NCBI GenBank assembly: GCA_035515635.1
Contig: DATJBB010000003.1
Location: 187,536 to 219,535 of the forward strand
Reading direction: 5' to 3'
Source of the DNA: Nitrososphaerales archaeon
GTDB taxonomy: Archaea; Thermoproteota; Nitrososphaeria; Nitrososphaerales; Gagatemarchaeaceae
Length of the DNA: 32,000 bases
In this document: in pieces, positions 1 to 7,935 of the stretch
How positions within the stretch are numbered: the stretch's first letter is position 1
Layout of the letters: each line of letters begins with the position of its first letter
Program-made: the position numbers and the translations under genes
The notes under the pieces: model-generated
Database searches by the model: none
What the model was told of the DNA's origin: nothing
What the model saw: only the letters and a program-made list of their open reading frames with translations

Positions 1-384
1 CGGCCTCAGGCCCAGCTGCGAGTCGTTCAGGTCGAGCGTGACGTTGAAGGGCCCCCACCTGCCGCCCTGGTAGAGGGTCACCTGGTTCTCCGCTTGGGGG
101 AGGGCGACCGACTCGGTGGCCGTGTTGAGTGTCACCCTGAGTATCTGGGTCTGGCTGTCTATCTTCCAGCCCGACAAGGCGGTTACGTAGACGAAGAGCG
201 TCACGTTGGCCTTGACCCCGGCCTGGATGACCGAAGGGGCAGAGTAGAAGACCGTGTAGTTGCTCGAGTTCTCTGAGACCGCCGCGCCGAAGTCGTAGAC
301 CACGCTCCCCGAGGAGGCGTACGCCCTCGGCGCCGAGGCGAAGACCGTCAGGAAGAGGAGGACGAGGAGGACGGCGGTGCCCAT
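1..384 (-). CDS. Secreted protein of unknown function; N-terminal 128 codons only, the ORF runs off the left edge
   Basis: It is absent from the ORF track because there is no stop in the window. Reading the reverse complement from ATG (384-382) gives MGTAVLLVLLFLTVFASAPRAYASSGS..., a signal-peptide-like start. The frame then stays open to position 1 and contains sequons (NSS, NYT, NVT, NDS). Confidence 0.55.
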   Translation of the reverse strand, partial: MGTAVLLVLLFLTVFASAPRAYASSGSVVYDFGAAVSENSSNYTVFYSAPSVIQAGVKANVTLFVYVTALSGWKIDSQTQILRVTLNTATESVALPQAENQVTLYQGGRWGPFNVTLDLNDSQLGLRP

Positions 385-447
385 CCCCGCGGAACCTCGC
401 CAGGCTCGCATCCAAAGGCCCCCGAGTTCAGTTGGGTTCAACAGAAA

Positions 448-459
448 CATTAAGTTATT
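448..459 (+). promoter_or_regulatory. TATA-like box for the ABC permease operon
   Basis: ATTAAGTTATTG is an AT-rich island in GC-rich DNA. It lies 24-35 nt upstream of GTG 483. Confidence 0.35.
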
Positions 460-482
460 GCGCAGCCGAAAATTCTACACCT

Positions 483-1355
483 GTGGACAGAACCGCCTAC
501 CTCCTCATTTTGCCCCTCGTCGCCATCCTCGCCGCGGTCGAGGTCTATCCCCTGGCCGAAAGCGTCTACCTCAGCCTGACCAACTACGGCGGCGGAGGGG
601 CCTTCGTCGGGCTTGCGAACTTCGCCACGCTCTTCTCCCAGTCCAGTTTCTGGACCGCCATCTCGACCTCTGTCCTCTATTCGAGCGGGAGCGCCGCCCT
701 CTCCACTGCAATAGGAATACTCGCCGCCTACCTCCTGACCCAGGTGAGGAAGGGGAGGGGCTACTTCGAGGCGATATTCCTCATGCCCCTCGCGGCCGCC
801 CCGATCGTCGCCGGGGTGGTGTGGGCGCCCGCGGCCGTCTGGGACGACATCGACACCTTCTGGCACTACATCCTCCACCAGCCGTTCTTCAACATCCTCA
901 GCTACCACCTCTACTTCCCGATAATGATCCTCTCGGACTCGTGGGAGTGGGCACCGATGATGATGCTAGTCGCCCTGAGCATCCTCGCCTCAATCCCAAA
1001 GTCCGTCTACGAGGCGTCCGAGGCGTTCGGCGCCTCAAGGTGGAAGACGTTCACCAGCGTGGGGCTGCCCGCGATACTCAACTCGCCGGTCTTTCACTTC
1101 ATGATAGTCATCCGGTTCATCGACGCGATGAGGGCTTTCGAGATCCCGTTCGCCTGGTCGGGGTGGCTCGCCTACTCGCAGCCAGGCGCCCCGACGGACA
1201 CTCTCAGCCTCTACCTCTTCAAGCTCCTACTCAACCCGGAGACGGACGTCATCCCCCTCCCGCTGATTTCGGCCGCCGCCCTCGTCCTCCTCGCCGTGAC
1301 GATGGCCGCCGCCCTCGTCCTCTTCCGTCTGATGAGGGGGCTGAGGAAGATATGA
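483..1355 (+). CDS. ABC transporter permease, MalF/UgpA-like (CUT1-type sugar uptake family)
   Basis: Same frame as track ORF 432..1355. I prefer GTG 483 because the TATA-like box would otherwise lie inside the ORF, and VDRTAYLLILPLVAIL is a typical family N-terminus. It has multiple hydrophobic spans and the EAA loop EASEAFGASRWKTFTSVGLPAI. Confidence 0.85.
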   Translation: MDRTAYLLILPLVAILAAVEVYPLAESVYLSLTNYGGGGAFVGLANFATLFSQSSFWTAISTSVLYSSGSAALSTAIGILAAYLLTQVRKGRGYFEAIFLMPLAAAPIVAGVVWAPAAVWDDIDTFWHYILHQPFFNILSYHLYFPIMILSDSWEWAPMMMLVALSILASIPKSVYEASEAFGASRWKTFTSVGLPAILNSPVFHFMIVIRFIDAMRAFEIPFAWSGWLAYSQPGAPTDTLSLYLFKLLLNPETDVIPLPLISAAALVLLAVTMAAALVLFRLMRGLRKI

Positions 1356-2224
1356 GCAGGCTCGCAGGCCTTCGGAGGCTCCCTGTGTACGTCGGGCTCC
1401 TCCTCGCGTCGCTCTTCGCGTTCTGGCCGATCATGATCATGGCCTTCGAGGGGGCGGACATCGACCTCGGCCCGCTCTTCTCGGGCAAGGGCATCTCCTA
1501 CGTCTCCGGGGTCCCATACTACAGCGGCGGGTTCTTCCCCACCTGGGCGAACTACCGCGACGCGCTCGCCTGGGGGGACTTCCCCAAGCTCGTCCTCAAC
1601 TCCACGAGCATCGCCCTCCTGAGCATCGCGATTGCCCTCGCCGCGGGGATCCCCGCGGGGTACGTCCTGGCCAGGTCGAAGCTCAAGGGGATGGGCGCGA
1701 TAGGCTTCCTCCTCCTCGCCCTCAGGACCGTCTCGCCGTTCGCGATAGTCCTCCCTCTCTACCTCCTCTACGTCAACGTCGGGCTATTCGACACCACCCT
1801 CGGGATGAGCCTCGCCTACCTGGTCATCGACGTCCCGGTGGTCGTCTGGATGCTCAGCGGGTTCTTCAGCGAGGTCCCTGGGACGGTCTACGAGGCAGCA
1901 GAGTCCGCGGGGGCGACGGAGAGGCAGATCTTCTGGAGGATAGCCGTCCCGTCAGTCGCGGTGGGGATAGCGGCCACAGCAATCTTCGCGTTCATCCTTA
2001 TCTGGAACGAGTTCCTCATGGCAAGCCTCCTCACAGGCGCCGCCACCAAGACGGTGAGCGTGGGCGTCTGGTCCGGCGTGGGCGAGGGCTTCGGGGGGCT
2101 AAAGTCGGCGAACTGGGACGCGATCAACGCCGCGGGTGCGCTCGCGTTCTTCCCGGCGTTCGCGATGATCCTTGTCGTCAGGCGGTACTTGGCGAAGGGC
2201 TTCAGCCTCGCGACCGCGAGCTAG
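1352..2224 (+). CDS. ABC transporter permease, MalG/UgpE-like
   Basis: This is the C-terminal 290 aa of the artefactual track ORF 377..2224. ATG 1352 overlaps the upstream stop (ATGA) and has GAGGAAG just upstream. EAA loop: EAAESAGATERQIFWRIAVPSV. Confidence 0.85.
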   Translation: MSRLAGLRRLPVYVGLLLASLFAFWPIMIMAFEGADIDLGPLFSGKGISYVSGVPYYSGGFFPTWANYRDALAWGDFPKLVLNSTSIALLSIAIALAAGIPAGYVLARSKLKGMGAIGFLLLALRTVSPFAIVLPLYLLYVNVGLFDTTLGMSLAYLVIDVPVVVWMLSGFFSEVPGTVYEAAESAGATERQIFWRIAVPSVAVGIAATAIFAFILIWNEFLMASLLTGAATKTVSVGVWSGVGEGFGGLKSANWDAINAAGALAFFPAFAMILVVRRYLAKGFSLATAS

Positions 2225-2726
2225 CCGCCCGGGCCGCCTTCCTCGGGGAGCGAGACGCCGGCCGCAGGAGGAAGCCCGAGACGCACGCCCCGTAGCGCCC
2301 CTTCACCTCTTCCGGGAGGCGGCTGTAGCTCCCCACCACCTTCCTGCAGGAGCCCGAGCCGCACTTGCACTCCATCGAGAACCCGTCCCAGCCGACGTTG
2401 GTGGAGTAGTCGAAGGTCACCTCCTCGCCTCGAGATATCCTTCTGAGCGCGACGATCCTCGTCCTGCCCATTATCACGCAGTTTGGCTCGCAGGAGTGGT
2501 TCATGAACCACCCCGGCGACCCCCGCTCGGGCAGGACGTATCTGTCGTAGTCGACCTGGAAGCAGTACTGCCAGACCTCTGCGGGTATGTCGTTGATCCA
2601 CCTCTCTTCCCCGCCGTAGTCCCAGACGAGCTCTCCCGACTCTATAATCCTGGCCGCGAAGACCCCCCTCCCCTTCGCCCCGGCGTCTCCTATCTCGAGG
2701 GCGGGGCCCGCGCTCGCCTCCGTCAA
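2202..2726 (-). CDS. SET-domain protein (putative lysine methyltransferase)
   Basis: Motifs GRGVFA, NHSCEPN and EEVTFDY are present, plus a post-SET-like Cys cluster CKCGSGSC. TTG start. The basic S/R-rich tail overlaps the convergent permease 3' end by 23 nt. Confidence 0.8.
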   Translation of the reverse strand: MTEASAGPALEIGDAGAKGRGVFAARIIESGELVWDYGGEERWINDIPAEVWQYCFQVDYDRYVLPERGSPGWFMNHSCEPNCVIMGRTRIVALRRISRGEEVTFDYSTNVGWDGFSMECKCGSGSCRKVVGSYSRLPEEVKGRYGACVSGFLLRPASRSPRKAARAASSRSRG

Positions 2727-2748
2727 ACGCTGCGGCCAGGCCGCCTAG

Positions 2749-2758
2749 CTTTATAGAG
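2749..2758. promoter_or_regulatory. Single TATA-like box shared by two divergent leaderless genes
   Basis: CTTTATAGAG is the only AT-rich element in the 60-nt gap. It is about 27 nt from the SET start (2726, minus) and about 30-34 nt from the regulator start (2787, plus). Confidence 0.4.
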
Positions 2759-2786
2759 GTGCCAGGTTAGAATCATCCGAACCAAT

Positions 2787-3554
2787 GTGGGGCAGCGAGC
2801 CGACCAGATCCTCCAGCCGTCGAAGGGCTGGGTGAGGGACGGAATCCTGTCGCTGCTCGCGAAGGGTCCCGCGACCGCCACCGAGGTAGCCAACAAGCTG
2901 GGGGTGTCGAAGGCCACCGTCTCCTACCACACAAAGGCGCTGATCCGCAGAGACATCATAGAGATCTCCGACATTCAGAGCATCCGCGGCGGGGTCTACA
3001 GCAAGACCTACTCCCTGAGGGGAGCGGGCCCTCCCCTCGCGGGCAGGCGGGGCGAGCAGGAGGGCGCGCTCTCGCACCTCGACGAGATATTCGAGAAGAT
3101 GATGATGACCTGGCACCTCGAGCCCAAGAGGAGGCCCTCCGACGAGATCGAGGTCTTCCTCTACCACCTCTTCAGGATACTCACCGAGGCCGATTCTCTC
3201 GACCGGGCCAGCCTCAACGAGTTCGGACAGCGCGTCGGGAACCTCATGATCTCTCCCGCCCTCAATGTCCCGACGATGAAGAGAGGGCTGAGGGAGCTGG
3301 CGGACTACCTCAGCACGGAGGGGATGGCCGAGGTCTCAGCCGAGGTTGCGAAGGGGCAGGAGGCGAGGCTCGTCTGCATGGGGTGCTTCGAGAACAGGAA
3401 CTACGGCGGACTTGTCTGCTCCTTCACGGAGGGGATGCTCACGGGGGCGATCAGGGCGAAGCACGGCGGGAGGCCGCAGCTTGAAAGGTTGAAACGGGCG
3501 GAGGGCGAGCCTGGCTGCGCATACGTAGTGAAGGTCAGGGGGTCCAGGTCTTGA
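2787..3554 (+). CDS. Transcription regulator: ArsR-like winged HTH plus a C-terminal V4R-like ligand-binding domain
   Basis: N-terminus ILSLLAKGPATATEVANKLGVSKATVSYHTKALIRRDII is a wHTH. C-terminus VCMGCFENRNYGGLVCSFTEGMLTGAIRAKHGG...EPGCAYVVKV fits the Cys/Gly pattern of V4R domains. GTG start. Confidence 0.6.
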   Translation: MGQRADQILQPSKGWVRDGILSLLAKGPATATEVANKLGVSKATVSYHTKALIRRDIIEISDIQSIRGGVYSKTYSLRGAGPPLAGRRGEQEGALSHLDEIFEKMMMTWHLEPKRRPSDEIEVFLYHLFRILTEADSLDRASLNEFGQRVGNLMISPALNVPTMKRGLRELADYLSTEGMAEVSAEVAKGQEARLVCMGCFENRNYGGLVCSFTEGMLTGAIRAKHGGRPQLERLKRAEGEPGCAYVVKVRGSRS

Positions 3555-4333
3555 GCAGGCGGAAGCGCGAGAAGGCCCGGCCCGCCCGCGCCGCGGTCGA
3601 GGGCGTCGGAGACGACAGGCCTCTGGACAAGAGCGCCTTCCTCTCGCTCCTCAAGCGTAGGCTCGAGGGCAAGTACCAGGACAAGCACCCGCTGATGGTC
3701 ATGCTCTACGCCGGAAAGCTCTCGCCCAAGCAGCTGCGCGCGTGGATAATCAACAGGTTCTACCTTCAGAAGAACATCCCTCTCAAAGACGCCGCCATCC
3801 TCTCGAACTGTCCCGAGACCGAGGTGAGGAAGCTGTGGATAGGCAGGATCCTGAAGCGCGAGGGCCTCGGCGGGAGCATCGGCGACGTGGAGGGCTGGCT
3901 GGGCTTCGCCGAGTCGGCGGGCGTCTCGAGGGACGACGTCCTAAGGGCGAGGTGCCTCCCCGGGGTGAGGTTCGCAGTGGACGGGTACGTCAACTTCGCG
4001 AGGAGGGCGGACTGGACTGAGGGGGTCGCCGCGTCACTCATCGAGTACTTCGCCAGGGGCGAGCTGATCAAGAGGATCGAGGCCTTCAAGCGCCACTACC
4101 CGTGGATAGAGCCGGCGGGCTACCGCTTCTTCATGTCGAGGCTGGGCCAACTCGACGAAGCCAACGAGACCACGCTGAGGATAGTCCTCCGCTACTGCGA
4201 AACTATGGAGAAGCAGATGCGGGCGATAGACGCGGCCGTCTCCATGGCGGACATCTACTGGAGCCTCCACGACGCGATATACGTCGCCTACGTCATCCAG
4301 GACAGGCCGCTCGCCGACTCGCTCGCCGGGTAG
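3551..4333 (+). CDS. pqqC: PqqC-family protein (homologue of pyrroloquinoline-quinone synthase) with substituted catalytic residues
   Basis: It is colinear with bacterial PqqC over about 230 aa. Shared blocks are NRFYLQKNIPLKDAAILSNCPE, RKLWIGRIL, LPGVRFAVDGYVNFARR, HYPWIEPAGYRFFMSRL and YWSLHDA. The TTG start overlaps the regulator stop (TTGA). Confidence 0.85.
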   Translation: MSRRKREKARPARAAVEGVGDDRPLDKSAFLSLLKRRLEGKYQDKHPLMVMLYAGKLSPKQLRAWIINRFYLQKNIPLKDAAILSNCPETEVRKLWIGRILKREGLGGSIGDVEGWLGFAESAGVSRDDVLRARCLPGVRFAVDGYVNFARRADWTEGVAASLIEYFARGELIKRIEAFKRHYPWIEPAGYRFFMSRLGQLDEANETTLRIVLRYCETMEKQMRAIDAAVSMADIYWSLHDAIYVAYVIQDRPLADSLAG

Positions 4334-4335
4334 GC

Positions 4336-6237
4336 TCAGGCGCGCTTCGTGGCCCTGCCAAGGGACCTGTTCTCGACCACCAGAAACACGACCACTGCCG
4401 CGAGCAGGCCAGAGGCGACCCAGGGGACGTAGCCCTCCCACGACTGCCCTCCGGGAGCCGAAACGGGCGAGAGCTGGTACGCCATCAGGGCGCCTGGCAC
4501 GGCCCCGGCGAACGCCCCGTACGCCGAAGTCCCCACCAGCTGGAACAGCCTGACCGTCCCGTCCACCCCCGCCCCGACCGTCGGGCTCTCGTAGAGCGGA
4601 GGACCTACGTATATGTCCACGACCTGCACGCCGCTCCCCGCGTCGAGGACGTGGATGCTCCCGTCCAGGCTCCCAGCGAAGATGAGCCCGTTGCTGGCCG
4701 TGAGCCAGCCTCTGTACGGGATGCTCTGCATGAAGTAGCTCCAGTCTACCTTCCCTGTTGACTCGTCGATGGCGTAGATCGTGGTGTTCGCCGTCTGCGC
4801 CTCCGGGCTGAGGCTCGTCACGCCCCAGTACTGGCTACCCTCTGAGCTCACTGAGGTGACCTGGCCGTAGGTGCACAGGTTGTAGGTCGCTACGTAGACC
4901 TTCGAGTAGGCGACGGCGATGTCCGACTCGACCGCCCCGTTCTCGCCGGGACACTGCTTGAACTGCTGTGTCGAGGGGTAGTTTATCCACGGCAGGCTCC
5001 CCGAGTAATTCTGGGTGACCACGTAGTTGGCGTTCCCAGTCAGGTTCCTCTCCACCGTGGGCGGGTCGAAGTACCAGAGGAGCCTCCCGGTCATCGCATC
5101 CAGCGCGTAGAGGTAGCCGTTCTTGCACGCCTTGAACACAGCCTCGTGCCCGTCGACAGCCCCTAGGACCGTGTTCCACCCGCAGTCGAAGTCGTAGAGG
5201 TCGTGGGGGGTCGTCTGATAGAACCAGACCATCCTCCCGTTCGTGACGTTAAGTGCGACAACGGAGTCGGCGTAGAGGTCGGGCCCAGGCCTGTACGTCC
5301 CGTTCCAGTCCGGGGAGGCCTGCGAGGTGGAGACGAAGACCATCCCGTGCCTCTCGTCCACCAGGGGCTCGCCGAAGCTCGGCCCCGCCCCTGCCACGGG
5401 CCCCGCGGAGCCCGGCGGGTTGAGGCTCATGGTCCCCCAGTCCCCGACGACGGGAGCGACGTTACCGTGGCAGGGTGGTGGGCATGACTCCTCGTCCCAG
5501 CTCTGGTTGCCGCCCGCGGCCGGGGTGACGTACCAGCGCCAGAGCAGGGCACCGGTCTGGATGTCGTACGCCGCCACGAAGCCCCTTCCGACATCGGTCC
5601 CCTCGGAGACGGAGCTCGTCCATATCATGGTGTTGCCGTCGAAGACGGGAGGCACCCCCGAGGAGTCGTAGAACCCCCCGTTCCCTGGGATGTCCTTGCA
5701 CAACCCGCCGATCTGCATGACCTGGTCGCCGGTGAGTGCGTTGAGCGCGTGGACGGAGCAGTCGGGCATGCTGACCCAGATGTCCCCCCGGTAGTAGTCG
5801 ATGCCGTGCATGTGCCCCGTCAGGGGCGAGAGCGGGAGGCCGGTTGTGTTGAGGTGGGCGGCGTACGACCAGAGCACCGAGCCCGTCTCGGCGTCCAGGG
5901 CGTAGACGGTGAGGTAGTTGGTGACGAGGTAGACCGTCCCGTTGACCACGAGCGGCGGCGATATCGAGCCCTGCCCTACCACCGCGAGGCCAGGGACGCT
6001 CGGGGCGACCGGGAAGGGGAACGTCCACGCCACCTGGAGGTCCTGGGCGTTCGATGCCCCTATCTGGTCCTGGGCGACGTAGTTCGTCGAGTTGGCGTTC
6101 GAGTTCATCGTCGTCCAGCTCGGCAAGGGTTGGCCGTTCGCCTGCGCGGCCGCGGGAGCCGCCGGCGACCCGAGCCCGACCAGCATCAGCACCAGCGAGG
6201 CCAAGGCGAGGGCCTTCCTTCCCCGGGACCGTTCCAT
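4336..6237 (-). CDS. Surface-anchored 8-bladed beta-propeller of the quinoprotein (PQQ) alcohol/methanol dehydrogenase type, paralogue 1
   Basis: Track ORF 4336..6354 trimmed to ATG 6237 (signal peptide MERSRGRKALALASLVLMLVGLG; a TATA-like box lies about 25-30 nt upstream). Blocks colinear with MxaF/ExaA are AWTFP..PLVVNGTVY..YALDAETGSVLW, SEGTDVGRGFVAAYDIQTGALLWRW, SPDWNGTYRPGPDLYADSVVALNVTNGRMVWFYQTTPHDLYDFDCGWN and KACKNGYLYALDAMTGRLLW. C-terminal TM: ASGLLAAVVVFLVV. Confidence 0.85.
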   Translation of the reverse strand: MERSRGRKALALASLVLMLVGLGSPAAPAAAQANGQPLPSWTTMNSNANSTNYVAQDQIGASNAQDLQVAWTFPFPVAPSVPGLAVVGQGSISPPLVVNGTVYLVTNYLTVYALDAETGSVLWSYAAHLNTTGLPLSPLTGHMHGIDYYRGDIWVSMPDCSVHALNALTGDQVMQIGGLCKDIPGNGGFYDSSGVPPVFDGNTMIWTSSVSEGTDVGRGFVAAYDIQTGALLWRWYVTPAAGGNQSWDEESCPPPCHGNVAPVVGDWGTMSLNPPGSAGPVAGAGPSFGEPLVDERHGMVFVSTSQASPDWNGTYRPGPDLYADSVVALNVTNGRMVWFYQTTPHDLYDFDCGWNTVLGAVDGHEAVFKACKNGYLYALDAMTGRLLWYFDPPTVERNLTGNANYVVTQNYSGSLPWINYPSTQQFKQCPGENGAVESDIAVAYSKVYVATYNLCTYGQVTSVSSEGSQYWGVTSLSPEAQTANTTIYAIDESTGKVDWSYFMQSIPYRGWLTASNGLIFAGSLDGSIHVLDAGSGVQVVDIYVGPPLYESPTVGAGVDGTVRLFQLVGTSAYGAFAGAVPGALMAYQLSPVSAPGGQSWEGYVPWVASGLLAAVVVFLVVENRSLGRATKRA

Positions 6238-6444
6238 TGAGCTCCCTCCCTCCCCGCTCCGCTTTAATCTTAGGCGGGGCCTGCGACGCCTTCCTCGACG
6301 AATAAGATTCCGCCGAGCGGGGGGCAGGTGCAGCCCCATTCCGAGGCGAAACAACCATTGACTATCACAACATCCCGGAGAACCTTACTCCAGGCTTGAC
6401 CCTTTCGGAAAGGTCTTAAGGCGAGAGGCTCCCGCCAGTGAAGA

Positions 6445-7935
6445 TTGGAAGCGCTCGCGAGGCGGCGCAAGTGGTTCTCGCTTTTTGCTGTCAACTTGGG
6501 CAACTTCGCTCCTCCCCTTGACACGGGGATAATGGCGCTAATCCTCCCGACCATAGCGGTCAGCCTAAAGGCGGACGTCCAGCTCGTGCTCTGGGTCCCC
6601 CTCGAGTCGCTGATCGTCACCGCCTGCTTCATGCCGATCTTCGGGAGGTTCTCCGACCGCCACGGGAGGAAGAGGTACTTCATCCTCGGGCTCGCCCTCT
6701 TCTCCCTGGGGTCGTACCTTTCGGGGAACTCCCTGACGATCTACGACCTCCTGATCTACAGGGTGGTACAAGCGCTCGGCGGGGCCTTCATCCTCTCCAA
6801 CGGGAGGGCGCTCATCGTGGACGCCTTCGAGCCCAAACAGAGGGGGTTCGCGCTCGGCACGCACATCTCGGTGATCTACACTGCGACGACCGTGGGGGTC
6901 GCCCTGACCGGGACGGTGATCGGGATAACCCAGGCCGTGGGCTGGAGGTACGTCTTCTATGCCAACGCCGCCATCGCCCTGATATCGATCCCCATCTCGT
7001 ACCTCGCACTGCGGGAGAGCCCGAAGAACGTCAACGTCAAGACAGACTGGCCGGGCGCGATCTTCCTCGCGGGGGCGCTGAGCTCCGCCCTGGTCGCCCT
7101 GACCGCCTACTCGAACGGGACCACCGCGATCAACATGTACATCCAGGACATCTACGTCCCGCTCCTCCACTTCTACATCTACCTGAACTCCGCCTACTCC
7201 ATCCCGGACTACGCGGTGGCTGCGGTTTGCATAGTCTCCACCGTCCTCTTCATCGCGCGCGAGCTCACCGCCCCCCAGCCCCTCATCAACTTCAAGTGGT
7301 TCAGGACTAACTCCATGTTCGCCTCGACCAACTTCTCAGCCCTCTTCGTGTACATGGCTCACTACAGCACGCTGATTCTGCTATCGTTCTACCTCGAGGA
7401 GATCAGGCTCATCTCTCCGTTCAACGCCGGGCTCATCCTCACCATAGAGCCGCTCGCGGTGACGGTCTTCGCCCTCTTCGGCGGCTGGATAGCCAGCAGG
7501 ACTGCCAGCCGGGACCCTGCGGTCGCCGGCCTCGTCATAGTCACCTTCGCTCTCCTCATGCTCAGCACGCTCTCCCAGACCTCCTCCACCTTCCTGATCA
7601 CATTCCTGCTGGGGATGCTCGGGGCTGGCGTCGGGATCTTCGCCCCGAGCAACACCAACGCCAACCTGGCATCCGTCCCGCCGGGCGACCGCGCCCTCGC
7701 CAACGGGATACTCGGGATGATGAGGCACACTGGGCAGGCTGTCAGCCTCGCCATAGGGAGCATAATCATCGGCGTCTTCCTTTTCGGGCTCACCGGGAGC
7801 GGCACCGTCCTCCCGTCTCAGTACATCTCGGCGCTAAGCCTGACTTTCCTTGTGGGCGCGGCGATGGCTGCAGTGGCCGCCGGCTTTGCCTTCCGGGGAA
7901 GGGAGCTCCTGGGCCCTACGCGCGAGGTTGCGTAG
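6445..7935 (+). CDS. MFS transporter, DHA2/EmrB-like (about 14 TM)
   Basis: MFS loop motif FGRFSDRHGRKRYF, with about 14 hydrophobic spans across 496 aa. TTG start, with TCTTAAG 25-31 nt upstream. The 3' end overlaps the convergent paralogue 2 by 20 nt. Confidence 0.85.
   Translation: MEALARRRKWFSLFAVNLGNFAPPLDTGIMALILPTIAVSLKADVQLVLWVPLESLIVTACFMPIFGRFSDRHGRKRYFILGLALFSLGSYLSGNSLTIYDLLIYRVVQALGGAFILSNGRALIVDAFEPKQRGFALGTHISVIYTATTVGVALTGTVIGITQAVGWRYVFYANAAIALISIPISYLALRESPKNVNVKTDWPGAIFLAGALSSALVALTAYSNGTTAINMYIQDIYVPLLHFYIYLNSAYSIPDYAVAAVCIVSTVLFIARELTAPQPLINFKWFRTNSMFASTNFSALFVYMAHYSTLILLSFYLEEIRLISPFNAGLILTIEPLAVTVFALFGGWIASRTASRDPAVAGLVIVTFALLMLSTLSQTSSTFLITFLLGMLGAGVGIFAPSNTNANLASVPPGDRALANGILGMMRHTGQAVSLAIGSIIIGVFLFGLTGSGTVLPSQYISALSLTFLVGAAMAAVAAGFAFRGRELLGPTREVA

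Noticed and set aside
377-2224. A 615-aa ORF spanning both ABC permease genes
   Set aside because: The first 325 codons are R/P/G-rich, off-frame to the well-formed permease at 483-1355. Only the part from ATG 1352 onward is a real second permease.
6266-6309. A 7-bp inverted repeat AATCTTA...TAAGATT upstream of propeller paralogue 1, with a similar GAATCT(C)TTATT upstream of paralogue 2
   Set aside because: One arm is simply the TATA-like box of the gene. AT-rich 7-mers are expected in promoter DNA, so this is too short to call an operator without conservation data.
5462-6358. Long alternative-frame and antisense ORFs inside the propeller genes (5462..6358, 9905..10921, 10849..12000, 10955..11845, 8256..8873, 9185..9931)
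   Set aside because: They have Arg/Pro/Gly/His-dominated composition, no motifs and no promoter logic. These are the typical stop-codon-poor shadow frames of 65% G+C DNA, and the overlapping frames carry clear family signatures.
2727-6444. Search for a pqqA-like peptide gene (about 20-30 aa with E-x3-Y) in the gaps around the PqqC homologue and propeller 1
   Set aside because: Only trivial ORFs were found (for example TTG at about 6358, 13 aa), and none has the Glu-x3-Tyr motif. There is no support for a precursor-peptide gene here.
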